From: Camelus dromedarius
Lineage: Eukaryota
Length of the DNA: 64,000 bases
Assembly (NCBI RefSeq): GCF_036321535.1
Contig: NC_087437.1
Span: forward strand, 114,640,001-114,704,000
Reading direction: 5' to 3'
Positions 25,274-39,157 of the stretch are shown here, in pieces; positions within the stretch are counted from its first letter, which is position 1, and each line of letters opens with the position of its first letter. The position numbers and the translations under genes are program-made. The notes under the pieces were generated by a model. That model saw only the letters and a list, made by a program, of their open reading frames with translations, was not told the origin of the DNA and made no database searches.

Positions 25274-26572
25274 GTACATTATTCTCTGCTTTGCTTTGGT
25301 TCTCATCCAGGCCACATCTGGGGACATCTGTCCCGATCTGTGCGCGTGGAAGTATCTTATTACACTTTCTAACTTCTGCGTGACAGTCTGCGGTATGGCT
25401 ATAATCGCTCTTCCCCCGTGGACGTTATTTCGGTTATTTCTAGTTTTTCACCGTTACAGTGCCGCAGTCAGCATCCTTGCACAGACCGTTTTCAGGGCTG
25501 CAAGGGTTTCCGAGGGATCAGTTCCTCGAAATGGGTTGCAGTCAGACCCATTTCTTTTTAAACTTGGAGAGACCCTGCCAAATTGTTCTCCAAAAAGACT
25601 GTAACAGTTATGGTTCCACAAGCAGTTTGAGGCCCCACGGTCTTTGAATTATTTTTGTTTTCTACTTTGTTCAGTGATTTGAAAGCTCTGCCCTTGAAAT
25701 CCACTTGGTGCAATGGTGGGCAGGTGTGCGAACAGACTGAGGAAGCAGAGTGTTGCGGGACAGGGGCTGTGTGCTGGTTAGGGCTCATGAGCTGCCTATG
25801 GGACTTGATTGTCAGTTTGCAGACTAGTTACAGATTGTTACTTCAGTTTCAAAATTAGGTCTTTTTTTTTTTTTTGGCTACCTAATACAGCTATTGGAAA
25901 AAAAATCCTAAAAATAATATAAGATATAAAGTTTAAGCATGTGTAGTCTAGAAATATAATTAACAATATTTCAAAAGTTGCATAATATTGCTTTGTTCTT
26001 CCCCAGAGAGCACAGTGGGCTAAATGTTGAATGTTGAAAATTTTTCAATTTAATGTAATATTATCTGAGTAACAATATAAGAGGTTGATTCATTAAAGAT
26101 TGAAGTGTCATCCTTTTGGAAAAGCTGCAGAATATATATGCACCTGTGTGAGTATGTAAAACGTACACATGGTTAAATACTTTGTTTTAGCTTTCTCCTC
26201 TTTCTTCATGCCTTTATTTTACATTCAGTCCAATGTCCTCATTCATATTTTTCAGTCTGTCAGAAGCTGTTTTTAAATAATCTTTTTGAACCCTGAAGGG
26301 TCTAAATAAAACATACAAAATGGGCTCAAAGGCAGCCCCCCTAGAGAGCGTGGGGCTTTGTCAGCCTGTCTCTGTCCTGCTGTGTGCTCTTTTCATTTCA
26401 AACACGTTTGTACACAGGGATTCTCTTGGTGTAGAGAATTATGATTTCGAAAAATAAGAAGTACACATTTATATCCTTATTCAGCTGATGTTTGAATCCC
26501 GGGGTCTTACCAGATACACACTACAAACTTCCCTTGTGTCTTTTTTCTTTTTTTCTTTTTTTTTCTTTGCAG

Positions 26573-27257
26573 AGTCCAGTAAAAGGTGAAAACAGTGAAA
26601 TAATCTTAGACCCAAACGCAGTGCTGCCCGGTGATGAAGATGCTTCGTTTCCTCCGCTGAAATCTGAAGACAGTGGGATCGGGCTCAGTGCCTCGTCTCC
26701 AGAGCTCTCTGAGCACTTGAGGGTTCCCAGAGTTTCTCCGGATAAAGACGACGTTTGGAAGAAGGGTGGGAGCATGCAGAGGACGTTTCTTTGCATCCAA
26801 GAGCTGATTGCCAACTTCGCCCACAAGAACATTTTTGGAGTCCAGCTGGTGGCATCTGGAGAAGAAACCAAGTTGGAGGAGCCTGCCGGTCAGAGGGACG
26901 AGGGCGGGATGCGCGGCGCGGTGGCCAGCGGCGCGGGCAGGAGGACCCCGTGGGAGGCGAAGCCCGTCAGCGTGCCCCAGTTCAAGCAGATGCTCTCAGA
27001 CCTGTTCACCGCCCGAGGGTCTCCATTTAAGACCAAAAGCACGGGGTCGCCTCCGCCTCTGCCCAGTAGCCCCGGCCACCGGAAGGAGGGAGAGTGGGCC
27101 ATGGGCCAGGTGGTCATCAACCTGGGGAGCTCCAGGGAGGGCTGCAGGGAGGCCTTCGCGGCTTCCTGCCACCTGCTGCTGGAGTGCGCCACCTTCCCCG
27201 TCTACCTGTCCGAGGAGGAGACCGAGCGGCTCTGCGAAGTGCTCTTCCAGCTTCCAG
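26573..27257 (+). CDS. DOP1B: DOP1B coding exon (approx. exon 14), 685 nt
   Basis: long pyrimidine tract, ttgcag|AGT...CCAG|gtgaga; SPVKGENSE...[20 protein letters not shown]...[23 protein letters not shown]. Confidence 0.96.
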
Positions 27258-27565
27258 GTGAGAGGGCAGCCCCACCCCACTCCCTGCTGGGGCCCACCTG
27301 GGGAGTCATGTGACTCAGGCAGTGGATGCGTGTAGACCAGCTAAAGTCACATCAGCTGAGAAGGAACCAGTTGCCACATTTGTCTCCTTCCTTGTTTTGT
27401 GATTAGTGTGTACAGTTTTGATTTGTGTCTCACCAGATGCGAAGTTGGTGAGGCTGGGTCTGTATTTTTAAACTTTGGGTGTCCAGCATAAAGATCTGGG
27501 ACATTAAAGCTGCTTAATGATAGTCAGGAAATAGACGATTTCATGAGACCTGCTGTTAAAGCTTC

Positions 27566-27975
27566 GTCCGTTAGTTTGCTAGGGCTACCATAACAGCCAC
27601 AAACTAAGGGGTTTAAACAGTAGAAATGTATTGTCTCACGGGTCTGGAGGCCAGAAGTCTGTGGTCAGTTGTTGGCAGGGTCATGCTCCCTCTGAAGGTG
27701 CCGGGGAAGGATGTGGTCCAGGCCTGGGAGCTCCTGGGCTCGGGGGCAGCCTGACTCCAGTCTCTCCATGGTGTTCTTCCTGTGTACATGTCTATATTCA
27801 GATTTCCCTTCTATCAGGCCCCAGTTATACTGGGTCAGGGCCACTCTACTGTGACCTCATTTTAACTAATTACATCTACATTGATCGTATTTCCCAATGA
27901 GGTCACATTCCAAGGTGCTAGAGGATAGGACTTCAACATAAGAATTTTTATGAGGACACAGTTCAACCCATAACA
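27566..27975. mobile_element. MLT1 (MaLR) LTR
   Basis: ttagtttgctagggctaccataaca...tctggaggccagaagtc...gaggtcacattc...gttcaacccataaca. Confidence 0.85.
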
Positions 27976-27979
27976 GGCG

Positions 27980-28358
27980 GTATCTTAGCTGGGGCTGCCA
28001 TAACAAAACACCGTAGACTGGGTGGCTGGCACAACAGAAAGGTATTTTCTCGCAGCTCTGGGGCTGGAAGTTCGAGATCAGGGTGCCCGCAGAGTTGGTT
28101 TCTGACGAGACCTCTCCGCTGGGCTACAGACTGCCCCCTTGTCCCTGTGTGCTGACATCCCCGGGGGTGGTGTGGGTGGGGGCGTCTCTCTGTTGTCTCT
28201 TCTTACAAGGGCACCAGTCCGATCATGAAGGCCACACACCCAGGACCTCTTCTAACTAGACCTAATCACCTCCCACAGGCCCCACCTCCAAACACCATCA
28301 CATAAAGACTGGGGCTTCAACCTGTGAATTTTGAGCAGATACAACCGAGTCCGTCACA
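27980..28358. mobile_element. MLT1 (MaLR) LTR, second copy directly adjacent
   Basis: tcttagctggggctgccataacaaaacaccgtagactgggtggc...cctaatcacctcccacaggccccacctccaaacaccatcaca. Confidence 0.85.
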
Positions 28359-28985
28359 GACAGTGAACACTTCAAAGAAAAAAGGGGTAGGAGGGAAGGT
28401 GGAAAGCAAGAAAAAGTGATTAAGTTGGCAGGAGCAGAGGATGAAGACTTCCCCTCTTGTAGTCATTACCTCAAACTCCCCACTTCTCTCTTGGCTCCAT
28501 AGCTGCACCTGACCGCACGCCGGGAAGAACTGCATTTAGTATTGATATCCTCAGTATATTTTTGCCCTCTTTTAAAGCTAATGCCATGTGCCCTACTACC
28601 AAGAGAGCTTCAAGAACACATTTTGAACTCTACACCAAAAAAAAGTGACTCTCTCCATATGTAAATTTCAAAAAGAACGTGTAATGCAAATTTTACTGTA
28701 TGCAAATTTTTAAATAAAAGAGAAGCAAACATTTTGAATCATCTTAAAACCCCGAGACTGACATTTGCAGAATTTGAATAATCTGACAAGCACATGAAAC
28801 CAGACTTGGTCTCACTTGTCCTCTGGCCCTGAATGGGGACAGCATATTGTGTCCCCACCAGAAGAATATCACACTGCTGCCCAGGTGACTTGCCAGATCT
28901 AAAGGTGTCTTAGAGTCTGCAGGTTGGTGAGCCAGTCTCATGTGGGTGTGTCTGTCTCCATCCTCTCTGGTTGGTTTCCTTGCAG

Positions 28986-29257
28986 GAGATGGTGATTTCA
29001 GTTTTCCATCTTGGCTGAAATCCCTCATGACCATCAGCTGCTGCGTGACTGACTGCTACCTCCAGCACGTGGCCATCTCCACTCTACTCGAAGTGATAAA
29101 CCACTCCCAGTCCCTAGCGCTCGTCATTGAAGACAAGATGAAACGCTATAAAAGCTCTGGACACAACCCATTTTTCGGGAAGCTGCAGATGGTGACGGTT
29201 CCGCCCATCGCTCCAGGAATATTGAAAGTCATCGCAGAGAAAACAGACTTCTACCAG
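28986..29257 (+). CDS. DOP1B: DOP1B coding exon (approx. exon 15), 272 nt
   Basis: ttgcag|GA...CAG|gtagtt; [19 protein letters not shown]...[12 protein letters not shown]. Confidence 0.95.
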
Positions 29258-30399
29258 GTAGTTCCCACCAGGAAGAGGGTGGATGGGACCCTGGGACCCT
29301 CTTCCCAGACTATTTATTTGTTGTTGTCCCTAAGATTGTAGTGGCAGTGACGGAATATGGTGTCTCTGGTGGCAGCCAGTGAGGGTTGCTGGGGACCTGT
29401 GCCTGGCTTGGCCATCTCTCTAACCCAGGCTCCTGGCACAATTTCTGTCCCCGCAGCAAGTGTTCAGTAACATTTGTGTTCAGATTTAGGCTGACTAGAC
29501 CCCATATGAGTGAAGATTGCTAAATTATCTAAGTATACAGAAAAAGAGAGCCTGTCCTAATTTGTGAGATTAGAGGCTTTGAGGTTATTTAACCTCAGGG
29601 AAAATTTAGTACTTGTCAGATTTAAGAAAGATTATTCACTAAAGGTGGTGAGCATGTGTTGTCCATCTTTCTTGGGGACAAATTAGGAAAATAAGGTATC
29701 ATAGGGCTCATGTAATTGCAAGGAGCTGAAAGCTACTCCAGCTGCTCGTGAAAAAAAAAAAGTGAAGTTTATTATGACGATGGGAGAGCCCGTGGAAGTC
29801 AAAGGGCGGGAGAGGAATGCAGCTGGGTCCCCTGGGGGCTCACCTGGGAAGCCATCACATCCCAAGGCTGTTTGCTCTGCACATCTCCCTGCCAGCCAGG
29901 ACCTAACTTGGTTTCCACTTGACCATGTCTGCCTCAGGACCCTCAGACCTGGTTCTCATAGCTAATAATGCTTGTATCTCTTTCTAACAATTCCGAACTA
30001 GCCTGTCACAGCTATTTAATAGGCAGCCAGTGGGGCACCCTTGGGTCAGGCAACTTCTGCTCATCCAGGTGACCACGGCAGTGACCAGCCAGAGGCCCAG
30101 GGGGAAGCAGCCGTGTGGTATAGACAGGGACAGTCTCACTCACTGGGGCCTGTAGATGGAAAGCATTTCCCCTGTGGGTGGTGGGGGTGGCAGGCACCCT
30201 GCAAACCCGGAGACACTAAGGAAGAGACATGTTAGATGTTTCATGTGGGAATGAGATATCAGAACTAAACTATCCTTTTAGGTCTTGACAGCCCATCAGC
30301 CCGTGAAAGGCTTTCAAAATGGGCTGGCTTTTCACCTGTCTGGAATGAGCTCTTCTCAAGCAGGTCATATAACTGAGGCCACCTCTCAGCTTTGTTTCC

Positions 30400-32990
30400 C
30401 TTTTTTTTTTTTTTTAAATAACAGCATTATTCAGATATAATTTACCCATTGAAAGTATACAATTCAGTGGTTGTACTATATTCACAGAAAGGTGCCATTT
30501 TCCTTGTTTTCTATTATGTTTTATCTTTTCCCACCTATTTCTCCTTTACTACTTTTTCATAAGTGAGTATTTTCCAACATAATATTTTAATTCCCTTAAT
30601 GATTTTTTCAACATATTTTTGGAGGTTTTGGTTTTTTTTAGTCGTTGCTGTAAGGATTACCATATACATTTTACGAGAATGGAGTTCACTTTCCTCCGAA
30701 ATTCTGGGGAGATACAGAACCATCCCTCCTGAGTAGCTCTGTTCCTCTTCCCCTTCTCGTGTTATTACTGTTACGTATCGTACATCTGTGTATGTTATAG
30801 GCCAACATTACATGGTTGCAGTTACACTTTTTATAGTTTTATGTCACTTAAAGAAGTTGGAGAAGAAAGGAAAACAATTGGATGTGTTTATAGAGTTTGT
30901 CACGTTGGCCTTCTTGTTCATCACTCTGGCTCTCTTCACTTGTGGGCTCGAGGAGCATCTGGTGCCATTTCTTTACTCCAGTATGTCTTCACTTGTGCTG
31001 TTATTGTCAGCTGCATTTCATGCGATAGGCCCAACAGTGCAGTGTGTGCCTATTATTTCACACAACTGTTTTTTAAGTCAGTTGAAAGAAGAAAGGAGAA
31101 GAATTATGCATTTATACCATCTTTTTATAATTGCATAATTACCTTTACCGGTGTCATTTGCTTTTTGTATGGGTTCAGATAACTGTCTGGGATCAATTGC
31201 TTTCATGCTAAACAACTTCTTTTAGTATTTCTTTTTTTTTTAAATTTTTTTAAAAATTATTTTTTGTTGAAGTATAGTCAGTTAAAATGTGTCAATTTCT
31301 GGTGTAATTTCTGGCACAATATCCTGGTCATTCATATACGTACATATATTCATTTTCGTATTCTTTTTCATTAAAGGTTATTTCAAGATATTGACTATAG
31401 TTCCCTGTACTATACAGAAAAAATGTGTTGGGTTTTTTGAATGTATTTTTATATATAGTGGCTAAATAACATTTGCAAATCTCAAACTCCTAAATTTATC
31501 CCTTCCCACTCCCTTTCCCCTGGTAACCATAAGATTGTTTACCATGTCTGTAAGTCTGTTTCTGTTTTGTAGGTAAGTTCATTAGTGTCCTTTTTTTTTT
31601 TTTAGATTCCACATATGAGTGATATCATATGGTATTTTTCTTTCTCTTTCTGGCTTACTTCACTTAGAATGACAATCTCTAGGTCCATCCACGTTGCTGC
31701 AAATGGCATTATTTTATTCTTTTATTTTATGGCTGAGTAGTATTCCACTGTATAAATATACTTTTATCTAGTCATCTCTCGATGGACATTTAGGTTGCTT
31801 CCATGTCTTAGCTATTGTAAATAGTGCTGTTATGAACATTGGGGTGCATGTATCTTTTTGCATTAGAGTTCCCTCCAGATACACACTCAGAAGGGGGATT
31901 GCTGGATCATATGGCAAGTCTATTTTTAGTTTTTTGTGAAATCTCCATACTGTTTTCTGTAATGGCTGCACCAAACTACATTCCCACCTGCAGTGTAAGA
32001 AATGTTCCCTTTTCTCCACACCCTCTCCAGCATTTATCTTTTGTGGATTTTTTAATGATGGCCATTCTGATGGTGTGAAGTGATACCTCATTGTAGTTTT
32101 GATTTGCTTTTGTCTGATAATTAGTCATATTGAGCATTTTTTCGTGTGCCTATTTTCCTTTAGTATTTCTTGTAAGACAGGTCTGCTGGCAACAAAATCT
32201 CTCAGTTTTTATCTGGAAATGTCTTTATTTCTTATTATTTTATGTAAGGTAGTTTTACATGATACAAGATTCTTGGTTGAGTTTTTTTTTTTTTTTGCCT
32301 TTCAACACTGTGAATATAAGAATTAATATACTTTAAAAAAGGAATAAATATACTTTAATCTTCCCCCACATACACTTGAATATAAAATATTTAAAGCAGC
32401 ATTTGTTTAATAATCCGTAACAAATGCTCATCTAAATGTTTGAGTGAACTTACATTTAAATTAATTGTTTGAATGTGTCATCCACCTGTCTTCTGGCCTC
32501 CTTTGTTTCTGATGAGAAGTTGGCTGTTAATCATATTGGGGTTCCCTTGTAAATTATCGAGTCATTTTTCTCTTGTTACTTTTCAAGATTTTCTCTTTGT
32601 CCTTTATCATTTCACTATGATGTGTCTGGGTGTGGGTCTCTTTGTATTTATCTTACGTGGAATTTACTGAGCTTCTGGTATATGTAGTTTAAGGTTTTTC
32701 ATCAGGTTTGGGAAGTTTTCAGCCATTATTTCTTCAAATATTTTCCTATTCCTTTCTCTTTTTTTTTCACCTGGCATTCCAGATATGTGTAGGCTGGTGC
32801 ACTTAATGGTGTGCCACACATTTCTCCAAGACTCCACTCATTTTTTACTATTTTTTTCTCCATATACTTCAGATTACATAAATCCTGTCAATCTTTTTCA
32901 CTGATTCTTTCTTCTGCCAATTCAGATAAACTGTTGAGCCTCCTCTAGTGAATTTTTCATTTCAGTTATTGTACTTTCAACTCCAGTGTG
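30400..32990 (-). mobile_element. Old L1M segment interrupted by a younger L1
   Basis: T-rich antisense L1 motifs (tagtatttcttgtaagacaggtctgctggcaacaaaatctctcag; ttgggaagttttcagccattatttcttcaaata). Confidence 0.8.
31234..32154 (-). mobile_element. Younger 5'-truncated L1 nested in old L1
   Basis: Poly-T tail, ORF2 C-terminal remnant (ORF 31768-32091), 17-bp TSD with one mismatch: TTCTTTTAGTATTTCTT 31217-31233 / TTCCTTTAGTATTTCTT 32155-32171. Confidence 0.92.
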
Positions 32991-34148
32991 CCTGCTGTCC
33001 ACAGTGGAAATGAGAATGAGGTCAGCTCTCCCAAGAGTACCCTGCCCTTTCTAGGTGGTAATTACAGATTGTCAACCACTAGGAAACTGTCCAGAGCACA
33101 GGGATTGTGAAGGCTAGGACAGATGAAGGAGCAGGTGTGGATTTTGTGATCCACATCAAGTCTCAAAAAGCCTCCAGAAAACTTTAAACCTTTCAGATGG
33201 AGCCTCTTAGATATAAATTTGCCATGGGGACTGCAGGTAAGGGGACTACTTTACTTAGTCAGAAGTTTCATATCAGAAGTTTAACTTGATGATTGGACAC
33301 CACGTTCCTTTTGATAAAAAATAAATAATGTTTAGGGACTCAGGCCAGTCAGGGGTTAATTTGATTTGTGCAGAGAAGACAATTTTGTCAAATAGAAATA
33401 AATGGGCCAAAAGAAGTTCTTTGATTTAAGATGTACCTATGAGACGCGGTCTTTTTCCATGACCTGGAAAAATGCCTTCAGAAACTCCCCTCCTGGAAGT
33501 GGGGACCAGCCTTCCTTTTGAGTCTTGAGCTGTGGCCATTTGCAGACCTCATATGTTTAAACAGCTAAGATCAGGGCAGGGGAGGTGAAACACTTGATTT
33601 GGGATACAATTTGTGTCCTGAAGGTGAGCCAGGCATCTGCCACGGCTCAGAAATGGGAATGAACAAGTTTGTGGAATTAAAGCTGAGCTCCAGTTTGAGG
33701 CAACCCTAGGTGGTAAGGTTTGACAGCGACTTTGGGACAGTGACCACTGCAGATCCACCCAGCTTGCTGGAGGGCACGTCTCTAGAGCCGTAGTGCGGGA
33801 GCCTTGGTGTGTGCTTGTTGAGAGGATGCCTCAGCCGATAGGTTCTCACTTCCAGGTGGTGCCCCTCTGAAAGTGGAGTTCTGGGCAGAGCTGCAGTGTC
33901 CTAAGCTGGTCACAAACCTCCACATTGAACCTCTATACTGCTCTTGCCTGGATGACTCCTGGGGGGATCTGTAATGTGGTTTGGGTTTAGTTTGCTTTGT
34001 TTTGTTTGTCGGTGGTGTTTCTTTGGGATATTAAGATTCTCGCACAGCAAATGTAGGCAGAAGCGAGTACCTCGGGGCTGGCACTGGGCTGCCACAGGGG
34101 AGAGATGGGAGAACACAGCCTGTGTTCACACGGTCTCCCCTCTGTCAG

Positions 34149-34301
34149 AGGGTGGCCCAAGTGCTGTGGAATCAGCTGAACAAGGAGACCCGGGAACATC
34201 ACATCATGTGTGTGGAGTTGTTCTACCGGCTGCACTGCCTGGCCCCGACGGCCAGCATCTGTGAGGACATCATCTGCCACGCCCTCCTGGACCCCGACAA
34301 G
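34149..34301 (+). CDS. DOP1B: DOP1B coding exon (approx. exon 16), 153 nt
   Basis: ctgtcag|AGG...AAG|gtgagt; [51 protein letters not shown]. Confidence 0.95.
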
Positions 34302-34978
34302 GTGAGTCTTTGCAGCCGGTAACCTCCATCCAGCAGTGGTCATACTCTCCGCGCTCAGGCAGGCTCACCTGTATCTGGTGGGGGTCTTTCTGGGGCTCCG
34401 TGGACATCCCAGTTAATGAGCAGGCATGGTGCATTAGGAACATTTTAATAAATCAGTAATTTCAGGACCAGAAGGCCTGCAGAAGCATGAGCCATCCCCT
34501 ATAGAGTCATATCAAGGCAGGGAGATCTGCCCAGGCTCCCATGATGTTTGTGGGGCTTCTGGAGCTATGGGTGAAGTAGACAGTCGTAGAGAATGTGTTG
34601 GCCTTTGAAGCCCCAGCTCGTCTTTGCCGTCAGGTCGTGTCCTACTGTCTAAGCCGTTCAACCTGGCACTACCAAGGAGCATGAGGGGGCCAAGCTCTGT
34701 GTTTTCCTTCAACCACAGGCCTACATGTGGCCCTGGACTTGGGCCAATGCTGAGTCTGTAATAAGCGCTTTCCTAAAAGTGCATCCATGTTAAAGTGAGG
34801 ATGCGGGTCCTCCTGTCCTCCAGGTCCCACCAGGCACTAATGAGACTCCAGCATCTCTGCCCTGGTTGCTGCCTTTCTCCTGAGCTCCTGTTTGATATTT
34901 AAACTGGATTTGCTGCCACTGAGAACAGTGTTCTGTTAAGAAATCAGGTTCCTCACTCTTATTTCTGTCCTAATCAAG

Positions 34979-35079
34979 GGAACAAGATTGGAAGCACTGT
35001 TTCGATTTTCTGTCATCTGGCACCTGACGAGGGAGATCCAAGGCAGTCGGGTGACTTCTCACAATCGCTCCTTTGACAG
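34979..35079 (+). CDS. DOP1B: DOP1B coding exon (approx. exon 17), 101 nt
   Basis: taatcaag|GGA...GACAG|gtgagc; [33 protein letters not shown]. Confidence 0.94.
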
Positions 35080-35624
35080 GTGAGCGAGTCTTCATTGTAA
35101 CTTGCCCTTAGTGCAAAAGGCCACTTTGCAGAAGTTCCGGGTCAGCGTGTCAGGCTGGTGAGGGAGGGGGATGTGTGAGATGGAAAACATGACCCTGTGC
35201 TCTTGATGCAGAGCAAACAATTCCTGTGATCCCCTAAGTGAATTCAGACCAGATAGGTGTGAATACCTGGTAGGAATTTCCTTAACTTGGTCATGGAGGG
35301 AGGAAGCCCAGCACATGTCAGAATCACCCAAGGAGCTTGTAGAATGTGCCCCACGAGGGAGCTTTGCAGGGAAATGAAGATGGTCTGGATCTCGATTGGA
35401 CGGCAGGAACCCTGCGTGTGTACGCTTGTCAGGTCATCAACCACACCCTGAAGACGTGTGTTCTATTGCAAGTGCATCCTACTCCATGTTGTTTTTTTTT
35501 TTTTTAAATTCCCTACCTTGTTTCTGAAGTTGGAGATGTGGGGTCAGACAGCCTTAGAGAGATGCCAGCTGATTCTAACGCCTGAGCTCCCCAGCCCAGA
35601 CTTGGGGTGAGGCTTGGGCATCGG

Positions 35625-36215
35625 GGTTTTATTTTTTATTGAAGTATATTTGATTTACAACGTTGTGTTAGTTTTTGGTGTACAGCATATTGATTCAGTT
35701 ATATATATATTCTTTGTCATTACAGGTTATTGCAAGATACTGAATGTAGTTTTCTGTGCTATACATTAGGACCTGTTGTTTATCTCTTTTACATACAGTA
35801 GTTTGTATCTGCCAATCCCAAAACTCCTAATTTCTCTCTCCTCCTCCATCCCCTTCGGTAACCATAAATTTGTTTTCTACGTCTTTCTATTTTATAAATA
35901 AGTTCATTTGTATATATTTTTTAGATTCCACGTATAAGTGGAATCATATCATATGATATTTGTCTTTCTCTGTCTGACTGACTTCACTTAGTAAGATAAT
36001 CTCCATGTCCAATCATGTTGCTGCAAATGGCATTATTTCATTTTTTAATGGTTGAGTAGTACTCCATTGTCTACATATGTACACCACGCCTTCTTTATCC
36101 AGTCATGTGTCCATGGACATTTAGGTTGCTTCCGTGTCTTGTCTGTTGTAAATAGTGTGGCTATGGACATTGGGGTGCATGTAGCTTTTTGAATTGTAGT
36201 TTTCTCCAGGTATGG
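35625..36215 (-). mobile_element. L1 3' fragment, apparently inserted in a MER5-like element
   Basis: ttttattgaagtatatttgatttacaacgttgtgttag...tagattccacgtataagtg...; both flanks begin ggcatc and are MER5-like (...agctcccccagtgactct...aaggttgagatccctg). Confidence 0.85.
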
Positions 36216-36393
36216 CATCAGAATTTAGAAGCTCCCCCAGTGACTCTAGCTGAAGGCAAGGTTGAGATCCCTGGTCCTTCCTGCCTGGGTCCTCAAGCCC
36301 AGCCTGGATGAAGCTTTCTGAGGGCATCCCGGCACACGGGGCCCTGAATGCCGACCTGACGGTGTGCTTCCATACCCCACCCCCACCCCGCAG

Positions 36394-36584
36394 GTCCCTG
36401 TTCGTCGTGCTGGACAGCCTGGCCTGCACGGATGGCGCCATCAGTGCTGCCGCCCAGGGCTGGCTGGTGCGGGCGCTCTCCCTCGGCGATGTGGCGCGCA
36501 TCCTCGAACCCGTGCTCCTGCTTCTGCTCCAGCCCAAGACCCAGAGGACCTCCATTCACTGCCTCAAGCAGGAGAACTCAGCAG
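36394..36584 (+). CDS. DOP1B: DOP1B coding exon (approx. exon 18), 191 nt
   Basis: ccgcag|G...GCAG|gtgagc; [63 protein letters not shown]. Confidence 0.95.
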
Positions 36585-38805
36585 GTGAGCACACCTCACG
36601 GGCTGGGTGCTGGGCCAGCTGTGTGTCGCCAGAACCCTGGACTTGGGATTGAGGAAGGGCTGGCGTGGAATCCAACCTCCCAATGTGACAGTCAGGGCAC
36701 TTTGGCCTACTTGGTGGTTTTGCCAGATTCAAAAGGTACGTAGGTACTTTGTAGGGACGTTTAAATCCTAAGGCTCAGATGAACTGGCACTTAGGAATGC
36801 CAGGTAGCGAGTGTGTTGTTTTCACTGAAAAATCTAATTTTTTTATGTTATAAAGGAAAATTTTAATAAAAATTTACAATAAAAATAGCTGAATCTTGAT
36901 TCTTTGGCTAGAAAAAACAATTCAAGGGCATCTAAGGTAGGAGGAAGGGAAAGCAGACCGTCCACCCAGAGGTCTCTAAGACCAGCCCTTCACTCAGAGA
37001 AGTAGTCTGATGTCTGGCGGGAAGTGAAGTTTGGGTTGGCCAGGCTCGCAGTTCTCAGACCTGGGGCGGGAGAGCTGAGGTTGCCCCCAGGTCTGAACGA
37101 TCAAGAATGTGGAAATTTGCATGAGGTCTCATCCGTTATACTTGACCTATAAAAATTACTTCTGCTTGGAACCCTCAACAACAAGGTAAGTGGTTTTTTC
37201 CTATCCACTCTCTAAGGTTCTTTCCAGCTGTTAACAGCTAATCAGAAACACAGAAGAAGTCAACCTTTGGGTTCTGAGAACTTTGAGAGGCATCTTTAAC
37301 ACAAATTTAAAAGAGTCAAGGTAGAAAGAAGAAAAGAAAGAGACTAAAATAAAACTGATGAGTTCATTGCGTTTCAGTGTTTAATACCTAGCACAGTTTC
37401 TGAACTGACGTTACTTCTCACAGTGGCTGTATTTTATGACTTCCTGCAGTTTTCTAAGTGATGGTTTTACAAGTTTTAATTAGTTTGTTTGGCTCACTGG
37501 GTTGTAAATACTCACAGTCACAGTCTTATCTTACAGAGAAAAGCTGCCTAACGCCTAAATAAGCAAAGATTTCTGAGGTGGCTTCCTCTTTACAGGGCTC
37601 CTTGCCTAGAGCTATAACTTCTGGTTTTTCTGTAGAGGGGAAAGCTGGCTGCCTTCTCAAAGAAGAGACGTTTTATTACTTAGACGTTTTACTGAGAAAG
37701 TAAAATTCAAAGATGTTTAAACTAAGCACCTTCTTAAAAGTTTGGCTTCCATTTATGGCAGCTAAATTTTTAAGTGTTTCCTTGTTGTAAGAAGAAAGTT
37801 TTAACTCCACGGTTCGTTGAGTTTTGAAGGTCTCTTGGCACCTCCTCTAATTCCTCTAATCGAGGTTTAATGCTACCTGCCTAATGAGAGAAAATGTGTT
37901 TTCTCTGCCATGCTCTTTCCCTGGAAGCAACTAGACGTGCTTGCCCTCCACACTCCCTCTGTAATCTAATTTTGAAATACTGTTGTACACATCAGGCAGC
38001 TCATCTATTTCTAATATCTTAATTCTCCTTCTTTCCTAATCTGGCTTAATATTCATGGACTAGATCTGTTGAAAGTTGCATATTAAAAATGTTTGGTAAC
38101 ACCAAAGATGCCTGGCTTTTCACTCCTTTTTAAAAGACACCTGAGCACCTTAAAAGATTGTGTATTTTCTGATCGCAGAGGGACTAACATGCTTGTTTTA
38201 TAAATTGGAATAATTGGAAAGTAAAAGTACACGTGAAAGTCCTTGTGATGCTGGCTGGTACAGCACGTTACCGTTAATGGTTCAGCAGATACCCTTCCAG
38301 ACTTTTTCACTGCTGCGTATAATTCCCTCCTGTAAATGGGCTCATCTATACAGCTGGATTCTGCAGCTTGGGTTTTTTCTTTTACTTAATATATCATACA
38401 CATTGCTCCATATCAGTACATGTAGCTGTATCTTTAAAAAACCCAAACAGTAAGTAGCATGTGCTGTGAGTTTGTCAACCCGCCTCTTCCTATGGATACT
38501 TTTATTTGCTTTCCTGTTTGTTTTTATATAAGATGTTTCAATGATACGCTTTTAGCTTTGAAAACCTTCTGCTGACGTTTCTGTAGGATAACTTTTTTGA
38601 AAGGAAACTCCTGGGAGAAAATGATAGGCATTTTTTTTTAAAATCACCCTCCCCCAAAACTTGTGATATTTATATTTTCTATGACAGTGTAACTAAATTA
38701 TCCAATTTCTTGAACATTTTAAAAGACCTGTTCACTTTACATGTCTGCCTTCCTTTGGTAATGTAATCTAGACTCTAGTGATGTCATTTCATGGGAGAAT
38801 TTTAT

Positions 38806-39034
38806 TTTGTTTAATTGTGTTGTTTTTTTACAATTTTTTATTAAGGTATAGTTGATTTACAGTATTACATAAGTTTCATGTGCATGACATAGTGATTCAC
38901 CATTTTTAAGGGTTTATAGTTATTATAACATATTGGCTGTATTCCCTGTGCTGTACAATATATCCTTGTAGCTTATTTACTTTATACATAGTAGTTTATA
39001 CCTCTTAAACCCCTACCCCTGTCTTACCCCTTCC
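38806..39034 (-). mobile_element. Short L1 3' end with TSD
   Basis: ttattaaggtatagttgatttacagtatt...ccctgtgctgtacaatatatcc; TSD TCATGG(G/C)AGAATTTTAT at 38789-38805 and 39035-39051. Confidence 0.9.
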
Positions 39035-39157
39035 TCATGGCAGAATTTTATAAATATTGATCTTTCTGCCTGGCTTTAAGACAAAGATCACTCTGGAACT
39101 GACTTATCCTAAGTGATCTTCCTGTTCTGAAGTCGTCTGTCATCTTGTAATTTTCAG

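Noticed and set aside
28684..28707. Pair of ATGCAAAT octamers
   Set aside because: Lies in AT-rich sequence resembling an old L1 3' tail, and only two copies
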